Positions 56,190-56,391 of a stretch of DNA of 56,391 nucleotides are shown in pieces. The stretch is taken from positions 1 to 56,391 of the forward strand of contig JBBIUY010000017.1 of NCBI GenBank assembly GCA_037440005.1, in the 5' to 3' direction. The DNA comes from Armatimonadota bacterium (lineage in GTDB: Bacteria; Sysuimicrobiota; Sysuimicrobiia; Sysuimicrobiales; Kaftiobacteriaceae). A program made the translations under genes and the position numbers. Numbering within the stretch: the first letter of the stretch is position 1; each line of letters opens with the position of its first letter. The notes beneath the pieces were generated by a model. That model ran no database searches. It had not been told where the DNA came from and saw only the letters and a program-made list of their open reading frames with translations.

Positions 56190-56391
56190 TCACACGTTCA
56201 GTTCCCGCAGCTCCCCGGTGACCATGTACACCACCCGCTCGGCCACGTTGGTGACGTGGTCTGCGGCCCGCTCCAGGTGCTGGGCCACCAGGATCAGGTC
56301 GAGGGCCCGGGAGATGGTGCGCGGGTCCTCCAGCACGTACGTGATGAGCTCGCGGAACACCTGGCTGCGGAGGGCGTCCACCACGTCGTCC
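56190..56391 (-). CDS. phoU: Phosphate signalling protein PhoU, 3' part (runs off window)
   Basis: DDVVDAL...HLERAADHVTNVAERVVYMVTG. Confidence 0.92.
   Translation of the reverse strand, partial: DDVVDALRSQVFRELITYVLEDPRTISRALDLILVAQHLERAADHVTNVAERVVYMVTGELRELNV

Overview
A 56 kb high-GC bacterial chromosomal window. T-box, ECF-RibU and PucR content suggest a Terrabacteria-type lineage, but the taxon cannot be determined from the sequence alone. Left to right it holds: small metal-binding, thioesterase and aldo-keto reductase genes; a VOC-copD-copB copper cluster; a ~19 kb, visibly less GC-rich catabolic block (two LIV-type ABC systems with three binding proteins, ALDH, Zn-ADH, alpha/beta hydrolase, amidohydrolase, PucR regulator) that ends in a nitrosocyanin-like red-copper protein and a divergent Cys-rich MarR; signalling and membrane genes; a housekeeping block (comB, M48 peptidase, tatD, T-box-metG, rsmI, MrfA-like helicase, tRNA-Leu, mgtE); a zinc-ribbon microprotein cluster; FMN riboswitch-ribU; and the 3' end of phoU. 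The most striking signals are two. (1) Two genes are broken by an in-frame TGA exactly at a catalytic Cys, each followed by a SECIS-like hairpin: a UPHC protein-disulfide oxidoreductase (51007-51702) and an LMW-PTP-fold arsenate reductase with U in its P-loop (55495-55902). Both are likely selenoproteins that the ORF track missed. (2) A close nitrosocyanin homolog keeps all four red-copper ligands although the window shows no ammonia-oxidiser genes. All family assignments come from motif recognition by eye; no searches were run.
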